Positions 31,944 through 32,000 of a stretch of 32,000 bases of DNA are shown one piece after another. How positions within the stretch are numbered: the stretch's first letter is position 1; the number at the start of each line of letters is the position of its first letter. A program made the translations under genes and the position numbers. Under the pieces are notes generated by a model. It did not search any database. It had not been told where the DNA came from and was given only the letters and a program-made list of their open reading frames with translations. The stretch is taken from positions 84,602-116,601 of the forward strand of contig CAZCCD010000002.1 in the NCBI GenBank assembly GCA_964497435.1, written 5' to 3'. Source of the stretch: Candidatus Woesearchaeota archaeon (GTDB lineage: Archaea > Nanobdellota > Nanobdellia > Pacearchaeales > GW2011-AR1).

Positions 31944-32000
31944 AAAAGTACTTACTATCTTAGACAGAGACGGTACCATAATAAAAAATGATGATTTCTT
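31930..32000 (+). CDS. HAD-IIIA phosphatase, GmhB/histidinol-phosphatase-like; N-terminal fragment that continues beyond the window
   Basis: My translation gives MDQFKKVLTILDRDGTIIKNDDF.... LDRDGTI is HAD motif I as seen in GmhB-type enzymes. Overlaps the upstream gene by 14 nt. Confidence 0.55.
   Translation, partial: MDQFKKVLTILDRDGTIIKNDDF

Noticed and set aside
21159-32000. A fosfomycin-like phosphonate logic: B12-radical SAM, ADH, cytidylyltransferase and a ThDP enzyme recall Fom3, FomC, the Fom1 CTase domain and Fom2.
   Set aside because: No PEP mutase is present in the window. The ThDP enzyme is a two-subunit E1 type rather than a phosphonopyruvate-decarboxylase type. The aminotransferase and SDR genes point to sugar chemistry. 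This is worth re-examining only if pepM lies just beyond 32000.
1-32000. A search by eye for CRISPR arrays, long terminal or inverted repeats, integrase, transposase, reverse-transcriptase or Cas-like ORFs.
   Set aside because: I saw no regularly spaced direct repeats, and no ORF has the corresponding catalytic motifs. The only mobile-element-like genes are the two LAGLIDADG ORFs.

Overview
This is an AT-rich (roughly one-third G+C by eye) archaeal chromosome segment. A small-genome DPANN-type archaeon fits best; that is inferred from archaea-specific genes (RpoD, RpoF, RpoN, L21e, Rpp21), bulge-helix-bulge tRNA introns and an orphan 5S rRNA. No database search was possible; all calls come from reading the translations and the DNA.

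Layout:
1. 1-3262, minus strand: information-processing block S13-S4-S11-RpoD, then L21e-RpoF-DUF655 and a small zinc-ribbon ORF.
2. 3373-4488: FAD-dependent oxidoreductase.
3. 4532-12083, minus strand: an elaborate MacB/FtsX-type ABC exporter locus. Two permease paralogues flank a four-fold tandem HTH protein. Upstream are an RNAP-alpha-CTD-like HhH protein, a COG1361-like anchored surface protein and an orphan protein. A toxin-antitoxin pair and a nucleotidyltransferase separate these from the ABC ATPase.
4. 12194-16381: an RNA-gene island with rpoN, rnp4, 5S rRNA and three tRNAs (two with introns). It holds two paralogous free-standing LAGLIDADG endonuclease-like genes. One is stop/start-coupled to rpoN. 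The other lies between a tRNA 5' remnant and tRNA-Arg and reads into that tRNA.
5. 16423-19618: VIT1-like transporter, SecF (with a Lys/Glu/His-rich N-terminal extension) and SecD.
6. 19670-32000: a flippase plus an ~11-kb nucleotide-sugar tailoring cluster. It contains a Zn-ADH, a SAM methyltransferase, a B12-radical SAM enzyme, two DegT aminotransferases, two SDR enzymes, an E1alpha/E1beta ThDP pair with no E2/E3 in the window, an RfaE-II-like nucleotidyltransferase and a GmhB-like phosphatase.

I saw no CRISPR array, integrase, transposase or reverse transcriptase. The best candidates for something new are the glycan cluster, the LAGLIDADG/tRNA/rpoN arrangement, and the DNA-binding proteins embedded in the ABC exporter operon.
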